A stretch of 64,000 bases of DNA from Tubiluchus corallicola (GCA_030141605.1 JAQGDQ010000295.1:62001-126000), one strand, 5' to 3'; positions 25,626 to 40,138 are shown, counted from the first letter of the stretch. Translations and numbers: made by a program. Notes: a model not told the origin generated them from the sequence alone.

Positions 25626-27188
25626 ACTGTAAGTCGTCTAAGAGCACATGGGGATTACTACAAGAAGCTATGGCAGCACTGAACTTCAATTCACCATCAA
25701 CTATCACCTTCTTAATGCCATCTAGTAATTCAGTAAGAGCCTTTCTCTTGTAGACAAGGAGAATTTCAAACACACGATTCAATCTCGCCTCAAGTTTCGT
25801 TTATCTCTATTGAATAACGAGCCGCAAAAACTCATTTCCGTTCTTTCCTGGTAAGCCAAGACGTCTGCTGTTGAAAATCAGCAGTTCATATTACTACAGA
25901 GATTTCATAAATTCGGAAATGGAAACGTGGCTGAAAGAATTGCATTATTTCCTGCGTTATTGGCACTCACGCGCCCAAATGTCTTTAACAATTTTTCAGC
26001 CGAGTAATGCAGTTCGTTCTTCATCTTCATCGTTTCCGCTTCTGCTGCGCACAGCCCAGGAAACCACCAGGACGCACAGGCGCTCTCTCTCTCTAACGCA
26101 ATTCCTGTATTGTGTTGTTGAGAATTTGATTACAGGCCATTTCTTAAGTGCTGGGAAACTTGGGCTTTCAGCGAAGCAAATCTAATTTCTTCTCGCATGT
26201 AACGCTTTTGATGCTATCTCCATTAATGACAGGCAGGAACCCACTGGGAGACCAAATGCAAATTCTACTTGTTACAAATCACACAAGTTTCTGAAGAAAA
26301 TTGTGCAAAGTGGCCATCAGGATTGCGTTAAATCTGTCTTTTGTGTTGGCAGTAACATTAGTTTAGCTTGCGGGCACACTGCGATGCTAGTATTAGAAAT
26401 AGATGATCGAATCAAATGGTCATGCTCAAAAGTTAAACAATACATCGACTCTGGTAATTTGATTAAGGGCTTTACTATAGGTGCAAGGTAGTGGCGTAGT
26501 AATTGATATTTCTCTGCGAAACTACTCATGTGTATCCAAATGACTAAACCAAAAGCATGCGAAGCACATAAAGGTAAAACAGCACTACTAAAATGATACC
26601 CAGGGAGTACTGATTTATCTATATGTGCAAGTAAGAGGGTCAATTACATGACCAGTTTAATTAGTGACCTCAACACACATTGTAAGTATAGCTTATGTTT
26701 ATAGAAAAAAACTATACAGCACTTTGTAATTATCAATTGGGAATTAAGATGCCTCATTGCCACAGCAGGACAATCAAATTAGTTTTTTTCGGGAGGAGGC
26801 ACACTCAGTTATTCTGAGACTAGGAGGCAGAATTTCACGAGTGACCTTTAATACTAGATAATTAGACATACCTAACACAGTAACATAACGGATTAACATT
26901 TTTCGGGAATTTATTTTATTTCAAATATTGTTAATAGCCAGAGACAGGCCATCAACGCTTTTGTCTACAAGGCTATTACCTGACACCTGTTTGACAAACT
27001 TGTGTGATTACGGGGCAAACAGCCAAAAGCGCCTTCAATTTCATTTTCTGGTTAGATTTTTTTCTACGTAGGTGTGTTAATACCCTTAATCATTTCTTCA
27101 AAAGAACTTGCTTTTGTGGTGCAGCAAACTACAATCCACAAGTGTTAATCAATTATTTACAATCTGAATGTCAAAATTGTCGTTAATA

Positions 27189-27322
27189 ATGGTGCAACCC
27201 ACAATTAATTAAATTTTGAAGCCGAAGGTCCCTGGTTCAAATGCTGGCTGTGCCCTGACTTTTCTCATTTTCTGTGTTTCGAGTTTGGCATCAAAATTTA
27301 ATTAATTGCGGGATTATACCAT
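27189..27322 (+). mobile_element. Small element: ~38-bp inverted repeats enclosing a tRNA-like 3' half
   Basis: atggtgcaacccacaattaattaaattttgaagccgaa / tttggcatcaaaatttaattaattgcgggattataccat, with internal ggtccctggttcaaat (B-box-like). Confidence 0.7.
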
Positions 27323-28039
27323 CATCCAAATGTTGTCGATACAGTTAAGTTTTGTGTGCATCAGTTCTACAGTTTGCCTAACGTCAGTAATGTGCTTCTT
27401 CAAATTTGCCAGCTCATTGAAATCTTAGACATTTTGTCAGATACTTTCCTCTGGCAAGCTTAGGAGTACTTTTAAACAAAAATTAAACATTTATGAGTTG
27501 CATTTTCCCCGCTAGAGCTGCGTTAATCAAGGCGGTTAGTGCTAAGTGACTGTCTTCTCATTCTTAAACTGATTTCCTCCACGCATTAATTACATTTGCA
27601 TAGAAATGGCTGTAATAAGTCGCGCAGAGTAGCGGTTGTGTCAACATTGCAGCTTAGGAAGGCTTAGCCGAGTACCACTACAGGAAAGCAAATTGCTCAG
27701 TTTTAATACAAACCGCTACTTCCGCTGTTGAGATTCTGAGAAATCGATAAAAGCATCGATTACTGATCGTTGTGTCTCGCTAATGAATTCGTACCTTTAC
27801 CACGATCCGTTTCACTTTCAACGCCATGACGTCATTTGAGTCGATATCATCTTTCTTCTCGCCTAGCCCCTACACATCGCCTAAGTTCCATTAAACACCG
27901 AAGCTGAAACTAAGGGAAACAAAGCAAGCCGACCAACAGTTATGAACTGAACACCAATGACGGACAGTATGGGTAAATTCCAACCCCTTGTAAAACCGTT
28001 TATAAGTTCAGGTGTCTCTAGCTCACTGCCTGTTGATAT

Positions 28040-28957
28040 TTGAAGTTATCAAATTGTTTGATGAAATATTTATCCTTATACATAAACGATAAAGAAATAA
28101 ACGTCCTTAAACGAATTGAGAGATTCCTAACTGGAAGAATTGCAACATATCATTATTTTATACTATTAAACTTTAATTACTGCCCACTTCTTTGGCATTT
28201 TAGCAGTCATGCAGTAACGAACAAACTTCAAAAAATTCAAGAACGGGCACTGGGATTTATCTATAGTGATTATGCCTCAAGTTATGAAACTCTGTTAAAC
28301 AAAATCAAAAATGCCTTGTTTCCGCATAAGACGCATAAGAACATTAGCCGTAGAACATTTACGATTCTAGACAAGAAGGACCTAGCCACTTACATGACCT
28401 TGTAGCAATTAAAGGATCTACCAGGTAGATACGCCTTCCAGTATGATAAAATTGCAAATGTACCACGAGTCAGATCTACTAAACATGGTTTAAACTCTTT
28501 CTGATGTTCCGCTGCGGTTTTGTGAAATAAAATTGCCAAACGATGTATGAACTGAATCTAGCTACTGCATGTTTTAAAAGATGATAAATTTATGGAAAGA
28601 TGACAAATGTAAATGTACTGCATGTCGCACAAATTGATAATTTTATGTTTTCTTATTATACTGAACTTTTAAACTATAAGCTGTTTTGGAATGTGATTTT
28701 GACTCCATTCATTATACTCAATTAATCCATCACATTGATTTTAGTATTTAAATTATCTATATATTATTATGTCTACTAGGGTCCAAAGCATTTTATTATA
28801 CGTGTAGATGTATAATTGTATTGTCATTCAAGCACTATTTTATACCAGTAGATTAGTTTTCTGATATGAGTCGGCTTAATAGCTCTTAGGAGCTACTATA
28901 CGTTTTTATGTAAAAACCCGACTTTAAATAAAATTTGATTTCATTTGATTTGATTCG
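28040..28957 (+). mobile_element. 5'-truncated, decayed L2/Crack-type LINE (ORF2 C-terminus plus 3' UTR)
   Basis: FNYCPLLWHF..KLQKIQERALGFIYSDYASSYETLL, then frameshifted G.NSF...LP and CKCTACR remnants. Ends ccgactttaaataaa plus a (TTTGA)n-like tail. Confidence 0.85.
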
Positions 28958-30564
28958 AGTTACACCTTATATAAAGTGTAATAGCATCACAAATTCAATA
29001 CAATAAATCACTCCCAAAATCACCACTACCCTAGACGACGTCATACATGATAATTGCAAGGTCCTGCTATTACCTGCTGTACCTGTTACTATGACTGATA
29101 GTAAGCTTTCACTGAAACTACAAGGTCTAATACACTAAACAGTAATAATTTGCACACAATCAAAACGTGAATACCACAAATAACAACGCTGATGCTCTGC
29201 TAAAGTCAGCACACGATGATATCCACACAAAGGTGCGTCTCTGAATTCAATAAATAGACTCGAACTTTTATTTTAATATCATTTCAGTAGGAAAATGGGT
29301 ACATGAATCTTGCACTCCAATTGACAAGAAAATGTATAAGAAGCCACAAGCGTGCTTGTTGGTCACACATTTCCATTTATTAATCCTCCCTTATAGTTCC
29401 CTAATCTAGTGGTCTGTTCGTCCATAAAAGACACGAAAAATTTCATATATAAAGCTAAAAGAATTATTCTTGAAATTTTGTATCGCCTACAAGCTGTCTT
29501 ATTGTACACAGAGCTTATTTTAGCAGCAACGGTGTAAAAACTATCCCGTGCTGACAAGGTAGGCGTGGCCATTTTCATGGCCAATTGTTGAGTAAGTATT
29601 CTAAGTTCTAAGTATTCAGATAACATTCCTGTAAAGTTTGAAAACACATCACTAACTAAACAAAAGCATAAATTACTTTATTTTGACAATATAAAGATTA
29701 ATGTTTTGCTGAACCAGTGACAACGGAATAGTGATCCAGTGACGTTTTTATCAACTGGCGTACACATTTTAACTTGCTAATAAATTTCTTTTCCAGTTAC
29801 ACAAGTCTTTCAAATATTTAAGCTACGTAATAAAGGTGTGATTTGATATAAAGGAGCTTAAGGCTTATTCTAACTATCGAGTTTAAATAAAGATCTTATT
29901 ACTTACTTAATATAAAATTTTGCATGGAAAATTATTTTGGATACGCGCGCACGCACATGCGCGCGCACACACATATACACGCTTTCAAATTCAATTTCCA
30001 TCCTGCTTAAACCATAGTCGTAAAACCATAGTATATAATATTACCTCTTAATGCTGATACCCCATTGTAACACACAGTGTAGTCTACTCTTGGCATGCTA
30101 CATCCGCACTACTAATAGCGCAATCATAATGCACAAGATGCTTCGTTCAAATTCCCACTGACTGTGAACAGAGAAGGTTATTCATTGAAGAGAGTGAATC
30201 CAATACTGGTCGCAGCATGATTCCTAATGAAGGGGATTGTTATTCTGCGAAGTTCTCGAAGCTACAGCGGGGTTCAGACAGCTACGAGTGATTTAAACAG
30301 TAGTGTTTAGGAAGGGAGCACTTAGACACAGCTCAGTGCAGAAGAAACAGATCAGAAAAGAACGATGTTACAAACATATAATTAGTCAAATTCTAATGTA
30401 CCAAATTTGAAAGACAAGAAATGTAAAAAGTTGGAAAGACTCAAAATTAATTAATTAATAAAAAATAATCGTTGTTCGAACCATTATAGTGTGAATGATT
30501 TGAAATTAGAAATGCTGAATTCGCCAGGTATAAGCTAAGAACTTTAGACTGCCTTGATCACTGA

Positions 30565-30700
30565 GGTATGCGATGGCCAATGCGCTTGCCTTATAAGCAC
30601 AAAATCCCTGGTTCAAATCTAGACTGCGTTCCACTTTTTTCACATTTCCTATCTGTACAAATTTTATTTAACTAATTCTGGAATTGTGAAATTTTATCAA
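30565..30700 (+). pseudogene. Degenerate tRNA-like sequence, related to the 27189 element
   Basis: gcttgccttataagc (anticodon-arm-like), ccctggttcaaatc (T-arm/B box), then cacttttttcacatttc as in the 27189 copy. Confidence 0.5.
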
Positions 30701-32069
30701 CGCTTAATCCAATTCGGTGCAGTAATGAGGCTTTTAAAGCCTAGACCTTATTTTATCCATTCCAGCACGGAGTTGGCCCTTATTTAAATGAAATAATGCT
30801 TAAACTACAGTAATTAAAACTGAAGTCCCGAAATGCAATAAAAATAATGCTTGCAACTCAAACTTTTCTACCTCCATCGCAAAATGCTTTTTAACAACGC
30901 AATTACACACTCTGTTTGCATCTAATAAGGCGAATTTATTACAAACCATCTATTGTATGCAGATGATATCATCCTACGTTTATTGTACTCGATAATTATA
31001 TGCGCAAGGCAAACTCAAGCCAACAGCTCTCCCTCATCCTCTTCTTCAGCCTCTCCAGCAGTCCAATTACACTCTCTGCTTGCCTCTAATAATACGAGAT
31101 TATTGTTATTATTAAATGACGCAACGTACGTAATTATAACAGGGAAGTCATCCTCGCCGTGACGCGTAATTAGGCAAGATCTCCTGCTGCAGCATCTGAG
31201 CATAAATTATGATGATAATTGCGACAGCAACCTAATCAAGTTACACGCGGTGTAACGAAAGTTGCGAATCTAGTAATGTAACTGTAGGATTTATGTTATG
31301 CAAACACACAAGTGCCAGTTGATATGACATTATCAATTGCTGAGATACCAGTAATGAAACCGTTTAAAGTCCAAGTACAATAAAGTACAGTACATTGTGA
31401 GACTGACAAAGTATATTACTTTATTAATGTTTTCAGTATTTTAAATATTTTGTACACAGGTGACATGCACTGATAACTCAAGTACAAGTATTATGCCTTC
31501 GTTATTAAGAACAAAAATTTAATCTAAACAACACCCAGAAAAATAATCTAAAAACAGCCCGAAAACATGCAATGAGGCAATACCACTCCCATATCATAAA
31601 ACTGTTGGAGTTTATGACTCCTATAAATATCTTGCAGTACGCTGGGATCACGTACAACATTGCGGCTTATTAAATGACATTAATTACAAATGCCGGGAGT
31701 CACACCTGGCGGTCAGGTAAGGTGAATCATGGCTGGCTTCATCCTCATCACAGGTGTCAGATTACGCAACACCTGCACGCAAACGTGGCAACATAAATAA
31801 ATCAAATGCAGAAGCAAAACAGAACAGTCTACTCTGCTGTTTCAGCATTACCTAATGTCGTGCAATTGACGCTCAGTTCTAAATTGACTACACGGTGAAA
31901 TAAATTGACAATGGCACGGAAAACAAATTTAAATCGAATTGACGCGTTAGCCCTGATTATTCACGGTTACGAACATTTTCAGTTTTCTGACATGTAGCGA
32001 GTCTGAATCTGAATTATTTAATTTATCAATAAATTCCCGTGGCTCGGAAAAAAGGCATCCATACAAAAA

Positions 32070-32137
32070 CCAGGGAAAAGTGTTAATTCCTGCTGGCTTC
32101 ATAGCCTGGGAAAAAGCGTTAATTCCTGCTGGCTTCC
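32070..32137 (+). repeat. ~35-bp tandem duplication
   Basis: gggaaaa.gttaattcctgctggcttc occurs twice. Confidence 0.85.
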
Positions 32138-35100
32138 AGCATGCAGCGACCAAGTAAGTACTCAATAGTAAAGTAGAAATAGAAAGCATTATTACACTGC
32201 ATGCACCGTGCACGTACAGACAATTGCGGTAAATATAAGGGAGAAATTGTTTTATAACCTCAGTGCATCGGCTACCAAACCTGTAACACACTGCACGCGC
32301 ACAGCGTTGTCTCAACTCCTTCAACTTCAAGAACCGGGACTAAGAGTACCTAACCCAGACGTCAAGTAAGGCCAGAGCCCACTGAGATTTTGGCAAACTA
32401 TGACAAGTTCTCTCAGGACTGAGATGTATTATCTCTGTCAGAGGAGATGTGACTACAATTTCTACAAAATTGTGTCATTGTAATTAGGATTGCTAGTGTG
32501 ACAGTACCAGTGAGTTGGAAAACTGGACAACAAAACAATTCCAGCAGTGTATATTATACAGTGTATTAATTAATTGAACCCTTTTTTAAAGAGATAATCC
32601 AGCACATTTCTACTCTCATTCTGTAGTAAACAACATTCTATTTGTAAGTAATTTCACTTAAGCTCTGGAAGCCCCTGGGCGCCAGCTCATAAAGCCCATG
32701 CCTTAATCCGGCACTGCCAAACCACAAAAATTCACAATGGCGAATGTGATGTTTGTAAAAATGGTTAATAATGTAGGATAAAAGGCATGAAAACCCTTGA
32801 TGACCACCCAACCCCAAAACGATAAATGCGATCATTAATATTTTATAAACACAGTTAACATAATAATGAGAAGAAAGGCATTAATGCTAACGATTTCCAA
32901 CACGCAGAGATTGAATATGAATAACAATGTCCGATCGATTACAAATACGGTTATAATAAAAAGATTTAAGTTCTGCTGGATACCAGCACAATGTTCAAAT
33001 TATGTAGTAATTATGTGCGAGCAAACAAGAATATCAGCCATATGGTTAGTAATAAGGGGAAAAACAATGCTCCCTGGTGGCTATGTCGTGCATGCACGTT
33101 TATAAAATAATTGTATTATCCCATATAAATATGGACAGAATATAAATAAGACAGTACACAGGCAACCCAAACAGGAAACTGAGGAACACATGCACAGAGA
33201 ATAGAAAATAACAGCATAAACGCGGTAAATAATAAAGGAGAAAGAATTCGCTCGTGCTGGCTATCAAAAACGCAAGTTAAACTAATATGTCCGGTCCTTT
33301 ACGATACAAAGAAGAAAATACTAGTAATATTGGCTATCAACAAGGCTGAACATATGCAGCCTCAAACATGCAATATAAATGATTGATTATAAAAGGAAAA
33401 GAAGTTTACCCGAGGGAAGTCAACTTAAATTCAGTGCCGTTTTGTAACCTTAGTCGTCCTTTATCGAAAGAAATTTCTCAACACAATTAGTTTATGTTAA
33501 TGCAAGCCGCTTTGGTGTTCACTTGCTGTGGCATTTAGCATAGAAATCTCAACTACCTTGGGACAAAATATTAAGCAGCTTCCCCACAGCTTGAAGGTAG
33601 GTTAAGTTCTTACAAGACATAAGAACAATTTATTACTTATTTTATACATGCAGATCAAAAAAGTATAACGTATAATGCTGACAATAATAGTTGCTTAAGT
33701 GTCAGGATAGCTTCATGACTATCAGCAGTCATGAGGAAACTACCCTTCTCTAACGTGCATGAATTATAACAGTGGCGCTTGATATGTCTCACAAAATTAC
33801 AATTATTAATAATGTTTACATAGCATATATACTATTTAAGAACAATATCGAATGTAATGAAAAAATTGAAGAAACAGAAAAAACAAATTAAAATTAAATC
33901 ATCTCCAATTCTGTAATAATAAATGCACCGTATAATACAAAAAAGAATAAAAATAGAATGGCAAAAAGAAAATATAAATTAAATTATTTTCATTTCTTTA
34001 TAATGAACTTGCCAGATGAACACAAAGTTGAATATCAAAATTATGCCATATATAACAAGAAAAGGCATCCTGGCATCTTGGATTGTCTTAACTATAACTG
34101 TAACCTAATCATAATACAAAAACAAACAATTATCCCATAAATCTATAGCGTAAACATACTGTCCTTTAACCACAGGGTTTTATTTACCATGTTACCCACA
34201 CTGACCTAAAACTCTTAGTTTACTTAAACTTTCTTTGCCTATCCATACAAACATAAGAAACTGGACAAGCGTCTTATTTCGCTATGTTTATATTGTTTGC
34301 TAACCATCTACATAAACTATACAAAGTCAGCATACACTGCATGTTCTAGCCGCTGCAAAGTAATTTAGCCAATAAAGAATTGAAAATCATTGCCCACAGC
34401 TACAATGCAAAACGTGTGCTTGTTGTGCATGTGGAGGTATTATTGACAAAACGAAAGTTCTGATATGTTAGAAGGACTGCTATAATTACCCTCAACATCT
34501 ACCTTTTGATACATCCTTGACGCCTTTTTCAAAACGCAAAACAGTGTCGTTCTACGAAATGCTAGCCCAGGAGCAGCTTCCAAGTGGTCACCCGTACATT
34601 TACTGACCAAAATCGGTGTTGCTCAACTTCATTTCGATTACTAAGCACATACCATGACTCAGCAGGTATTTCCCTTACCGCAAAGGTGACCGGGAATAAT
34701 TTTCACAGACATTACCCCACACCACAAAGAGGAAAGAGTTATAAAAATTATGTCTGCTAACTCTGCTAATTCTACAAGCAGAAAGTTGCGTAATACAAAA
34801 CTTAAAGCGATTTTTTGACGTTTTATCAGCGGAGGAGTCAGTGCTAATACACAAAATTTAAATGTAAAAGTTATAATATCACAGTGTACGTTATTTTTAA
34901 ATTAGGTGTATTGTCATCTTGGCAATAATGCAATGAAGCCCACAGCAGCCAAACAACCGAGACACAAATGAGCGACACGACAAAGTGAAAATTCTGGCAG
35001 GGATTTTAATCCTGTGCTCAGCTTCAATCCTTATTTTTGTCTGCAGATTAAACTAGTTACTAGCTATCAAACCGTGAGGGAATGTGAACTCTGTTCAAAT

Positions 35101-35834
35101 TTTTGGCGATCAGTAAAACTGAATGAGAACTATCTTTAGAAGCTACTAATGTCTGCAAATTTGGTGCTTCTAAATGCCTCGGGGCCTGCAGCCATACTTA
35201 AATTATGATCAACATTCACAATTTAAAGGAATGCCATACTTTGTCGTATTTTTGCAAACATAGAACCAGAACAGAGTTTCACCTGCCAGACCATTATCTT
35301 TCCTTCAATGCAGATCAATTTTCTCCTCGTGGATTTTTCTCTTAAATGCTTTTACTCAAGCACCATGCAGACATGGGGACCCAACTGCCTATTACCCTGG
35401 CATTTACTATAAAGTAAAGGCGTTCAAGGCAGCTCTAACAGGCCGGATTTCCTGACGCTGCGTCCACCGCCCGCGGAGTTGCACAAACAAACAGAAATTC
35501 ACATGAATCGAACCGCAGAAACCCCATGAAAACTGAGCTAAATCAGTCAGATCAGCATACCAACCGCTAGTTTTAACCGAGAAGAGTTTGGCAGCGTCGA
35601 AATATTTATGCACTCTGACCAAACACGGCGAGTTTCTGTTCACTGCTTCTGTGGGTAGAGACCAAATCAACAAATAGTAATCCAAATCAAAGTGCGAAAA
35701 TCAACGCATAATTTTGCTCGGTCGACGCAGTATACTAACTCCTCATATCCGAGAAAGTTGGTAGTACAGAAATATTTTGCATTTTGACCTGTCAGTGAGT
35801 CCACTGGTAACAGCAATTACTAACAAAAATCAAA

Positions 35835-36000
35835 ATCATCGTCATCACATGCTCGTTACGTCAATTGTAGACATTGGGCAGGTAGAATTCTAGCAAAAAA
35901 GAAGAAATTCGCCCTCAAAACAGGTAAACACAGCAGTAATCTAGCTAAAGACTAGACGCTGCAATGCCAGTGGCTTGTTAGCACCATCTCCGTTTACTAA
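35835..36000 (+). mobile_element. Interspersed repeat family E, copy 2
   Basis: Aligns with 25465-25625. Confidence 0.8.
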
Positions 36001-36336
36001 TAACAAAAATCAAAACACCAAAATGCGAAAATAATCTGTAGTTTTTATGAAAGACTGCGGCGCAATGTAGACACCATTTAATTTAATATCTTTCGTCACA
36101 ATATTGTTTTTTACTCTGTGTCATTCTATCTATCCTTACCTTTCTCCTCTCCTGCACTTTTAATGTTTTTTCATACTGTTTCTTCCGTTCTTCGTATACT
36201 GAAAAGCACCCCACTTACATACTTGGTTTTTTAAGGTTTTGATTTTGGTTGTACATCGTTACTGTTGTTCAACATGTACGTAATGTGTGGATTTAATAAA
36301 CTACGACGACTACTAGAATATTTTCTGCACAGTGGC

Positions 36337-36620
36337 CAGAGGCGGATTATGATTTTATGGGCCTTAGGCTTGAGCTTGGAACGGGCCTTTTAAATTGTAT
36401 AATGTAAACTTAAATTGTGTAAACTTGATTTGTGTAAACTTGATTTGAGATATAGTGACTGACTTTTGAAAAAAAACTTTTTTCTATATTTTATTTTGGC
36501 GGGTCCCTTGCTCTTTCGTCAATTTATTTTTTTTACAAAAAAATTTTTTTTCGTTTTATTTTGCCGGGCCCCTTTTGATCCCGGGCCTTAGGCTTCAGCC
36601 TATTCAGCTATCCGCTACAG
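36337..36620 (+). mobile_element. hAT-type MITE with perfect 8-bp TSD
   Basis: TIRs cagaggcggat / atccgctacag. TSD ACAGTGGC at 36329-36336 and 36621-36628. Subterminal gggccttaggct motifs. Confidence 0.88.
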
Positions 36621-38285
36621 ACAGTGGCCGAGCGCACATCATAGCCAAAGATGTAAACCAGACAAATCTTTGTCGCAGCTCACCAAATTTACGTGTTTAC
36701 TGAAACAAATCGCCCATTCAATGGCAGGGCATGAAGCATTCAACAGAAAATTTTTTGTTAGCAAATGTTTATTCTTCATTTCACGTCGGTTTCGGGTAGA
36801 AAGTCGTAACGTTTATGGCGTATTTTCCTCGAATAATTCCCAGTCACTTCAAACACCGGGTCATTCAAAGCAAACAGCGACAAATCACTAGTTAAACGAA
36901 TCTTTAAGGATTTTCTACAAGAGCCTGAATGACTGATGGACTGGGACAAATGTTTACAGAACAAGTTTGTGTTAAAACATGGCGGAGGTGCTTTGTTTCT
37001 GATGGAAATCTCATAGCTACAAGTAGTGCTTGTTTTTTACTTGCTTTTATTTATTTGCTTATATAATGGGGTAATGTCGGCCATCCAGTTTTTACACACT
37101 CAAATTAGGTGACGTGATCTAGACGGACCTAGACATGCTTTTTATAAAATATGTATATATTTTATATAACATAAATGAATTTATAAATACTACGTATGCA
37201 AATGCAAGGTAAATCATTGAAAAAATCTAATGTTCATTTGTTTGCTCAGTCATTCAGTCTCATATTTCTACTCCTTTTTAACTTGTATGTTCTGTCATTT
37301 GATTGTTTACTGTGCGTTTTTTCTGATTTGGGAGAGTTGCTGCTATGACAAAACTGAATGACTCAACGAATATCTAATTTTTCGTTGCTCATCAAATGCC
37401 TCCCAGTCTATCTTACTAAATGACAGACTGACTGACTAACTCGCCGACTGCTTGGTTAAGTAAATGCGTGCCTGGCCCGACCCTCGACGATGCGTAAAAA
37501 CACATCCCGGAAGGGAATACGAAAATAAATCGCCGTGGAAGCGTTTGGCTCTGAAAAGAACAATATTTATCGTGTAAACACAAGAGCAGCTACCAGAAGA
37601 GATTGCAATTAGCCCTGTACAAATGCCATCAGGCATTTAATCTGGAATCAAGCTTTTACAAATAAGCGGTGGAGGTTTCTACCAAAACTGATTACAGCAC
37701 ACCCTAGTGATCTTCAAAACACAGGAGGTCCGGGCAAAAACACTCAAGACTTATAAGATAGGTAGATCATTAAAATTTATACTGTTCCAATTTTACAAAA
37801 AATGTAACAGAGTTACAAAAAAAGTAGCAGGTACTATTTGATGGAAGCGTAATAAAATGTCTATAAAAGACAAACTTGACAATTTCGATTGATATTTCTG
37901 GAAAAGTCTAGAAAGTAACAATACTGTAATTATACACGGGATAGTCGTAGAAAGCACTCCATGCGGTTAACTGACTGTAACAACTAGCAAGCAAGCAACC
38001 ATAGATATATCAGTTTCAAACCAAAGATCTGTTTACTCATCAAACCCATGATATAAACCAAGGTAAAGTTTGCATACAGTAGGAAACTAAACAGACTTAA
38101 TCGCTGCCACGCTAGATAAACTTTAGCTCAATGAGACAAGATAGCTTACTGTCTAGATAGTGCAAACATCCAAGCTCGATGCAACCAACAGTGAAACTTC
38201 TCAGCAACAAACAGCCTCTGTAAAACGGTTAGCTCAGCAATGCACGGCATGAGGCAAAACGACACCATTTTTAACTGAATGGCAT

Positions 38286-38726
38286 TTAAAGGTTTATATA
38301 ACTCCAACAGACATTGAAGTTTTTTTAAACATTATCATGAGTACGCAAAGAATTCATAGTTATTATCAAGCAAAAGAGGCTTAAGAATTCAATAACTTGC
38401 CTTTTGGCAAATTTCGCATCTTTGGCGCGAGTGAGCGAGAATGACGTACGAGGTGCAGAAAGCGTCTTTGGTTACCGATCTTTGGTGACCTCGCTACTGC
38501 ACTCATAACGTCATTCGTCTTGCGCAACGAAAATGGCGGTGCTTCAAATTTAATACCGCTAACAACAAAGTGATAAAAAATATAAAAAAAACAAGTATTA
38601 CAATAAGTTTATAATAAAATAAAATAACTTATTATATTAATTAACATAACTCAATAAATAAAATTAGTAATGAAAGTAGGATTTTAAGTTGTAAAGGCTT
38701 ATAGTAAGGATTTAGTTTGACTTTAA
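38286..38726 (+). mobile_element. TTAA-flanked MITE family B, copy 2
   Basis: Colinear with 17122-17566, with the same TTAA-AG...CT-TTAA ends. Confidence 0.85.
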
Positions 38727-39474
38727 ATAAAATTACACTCAATTCTCATTTCATGCAAGAATAAAAATGGCCTCTTCAATACGGAACGCAAATGGCGAAT
38801 TTCAGTGCAAAACTTTGCTGAAGACAAAAAATAATCTGAAGATATACAAAGCTTATTAATCTCAGATAATTAATATTGCACTCTTGCACGTGATACTACG
38901 CATGCGCCAACATGCCTGGTAGTTATAATTTATTGTAATAATAGTGTTCAGAGACTTAAAGTGCTTTATGTATAATTTTGTACTGTATAACAATTATTCC
39001 TGCGACCGAAATGTGCTGTAGCGTTATTACTCAGGGCAATAGACAAAACAAGTGTACTTCAAAATGACATAGTAGAGAAAGTGGCATTGTTACTTTGAAA
39101 AATATTCAGTTATGGTGAGTTGTCCAAAAAAATAAAGTACGTGATCTGTAAAACTGTGGATCCTAGGTATATTTTCTTATTTACATATAGCTGTGTATAT
39201 GTAGTACTTTCAAACTTTCAGAGCTTATCTCAATTTGCAACTTTCAACGCATATCACCATTAGGTATTGTATTCTAATTTCTTTTTCCAGTAAAAAAAAT
39301 TCAAGAAGAATCATGAGAAACAAAAACGAGCAAGTATGCTTCATTATGATATCCATCATTTCAGATAATTATACTAGTTTAGCTAACATTGTATAATTAG
39401 CATATTCAAAAACTACATCCCATTATCTGGTTTTAGTTGGCTAGCGTGCCCATAAACTATATGTCGTAACTATT

Positions 39475-39672
39475 ACATTATAATAGTAATCTTTATTTAA
39501 AGTCGACTTTAAACAACGTACAACATAAGCCATGAAGCACAGATTATTATTACCCCGCTTTTACCCTTAAACACCAAGTGCGAGGCAGGGCAACAGTAAT
39601 ACCATTTTTAAAGTTTTTGGTAATACCCGACTGCGTGCAAAGCACACGCATTATTCACTAGACTATATACCG
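39475..39672 (-). mobile_element. tRNA-derived SINE (possibly MetaSINE-like core) with LINE-derived tail
   Basis: Minus strand: tRNA-like head tagtctagtg..., core accaaaaactttaaaaatggtattactgttgccctgcctcgcact, tail gtcgactttaaataaag plus (TTA)-like repeats. The Meta-domain assignment is from memory and unverified. Confidence 0.6.
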
Positions 39673-39975
39673 TCTGATCTATACTCTGTAGCTTGTTTGG
39701 TACACATATCCACACCAGATAATCAATAATTTTTAACGGGTAACCAAGAACTACACATCAAGACTACTCTTCCTTAGTTTGCCTGCTATCTCCTGCGTAA
39801 ACACAGACTCTCCACCCAAATAAACCTGTCAGAAACGTTTAAAAGTGAAGGAAATGATAATATTTAGGTTAAGACGTCGTCGTAGATATATGTACACTTG
39901 TCTGAGGCGTTAGCCAAGACTAATTTTAAACATTTTTCTAAGAGAACAGTCTTGTTAACAAAACTTAATAAACAG

Positions 39976-40029
<54 letters not shown>

Positions 40030-40043
40030 GCAGCAGCAGCAGC

Positions 40044-40115
<72 letters not shown>

Positions 40116-40138
40116 AATAATAATAATAACAATAATAG
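39976..40138 (+). repeat. Compound microsatellite (TAA)n(CAG)n(CAA)n(TAA)n
   Basis: Directly visible. Confidence 0.98.
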
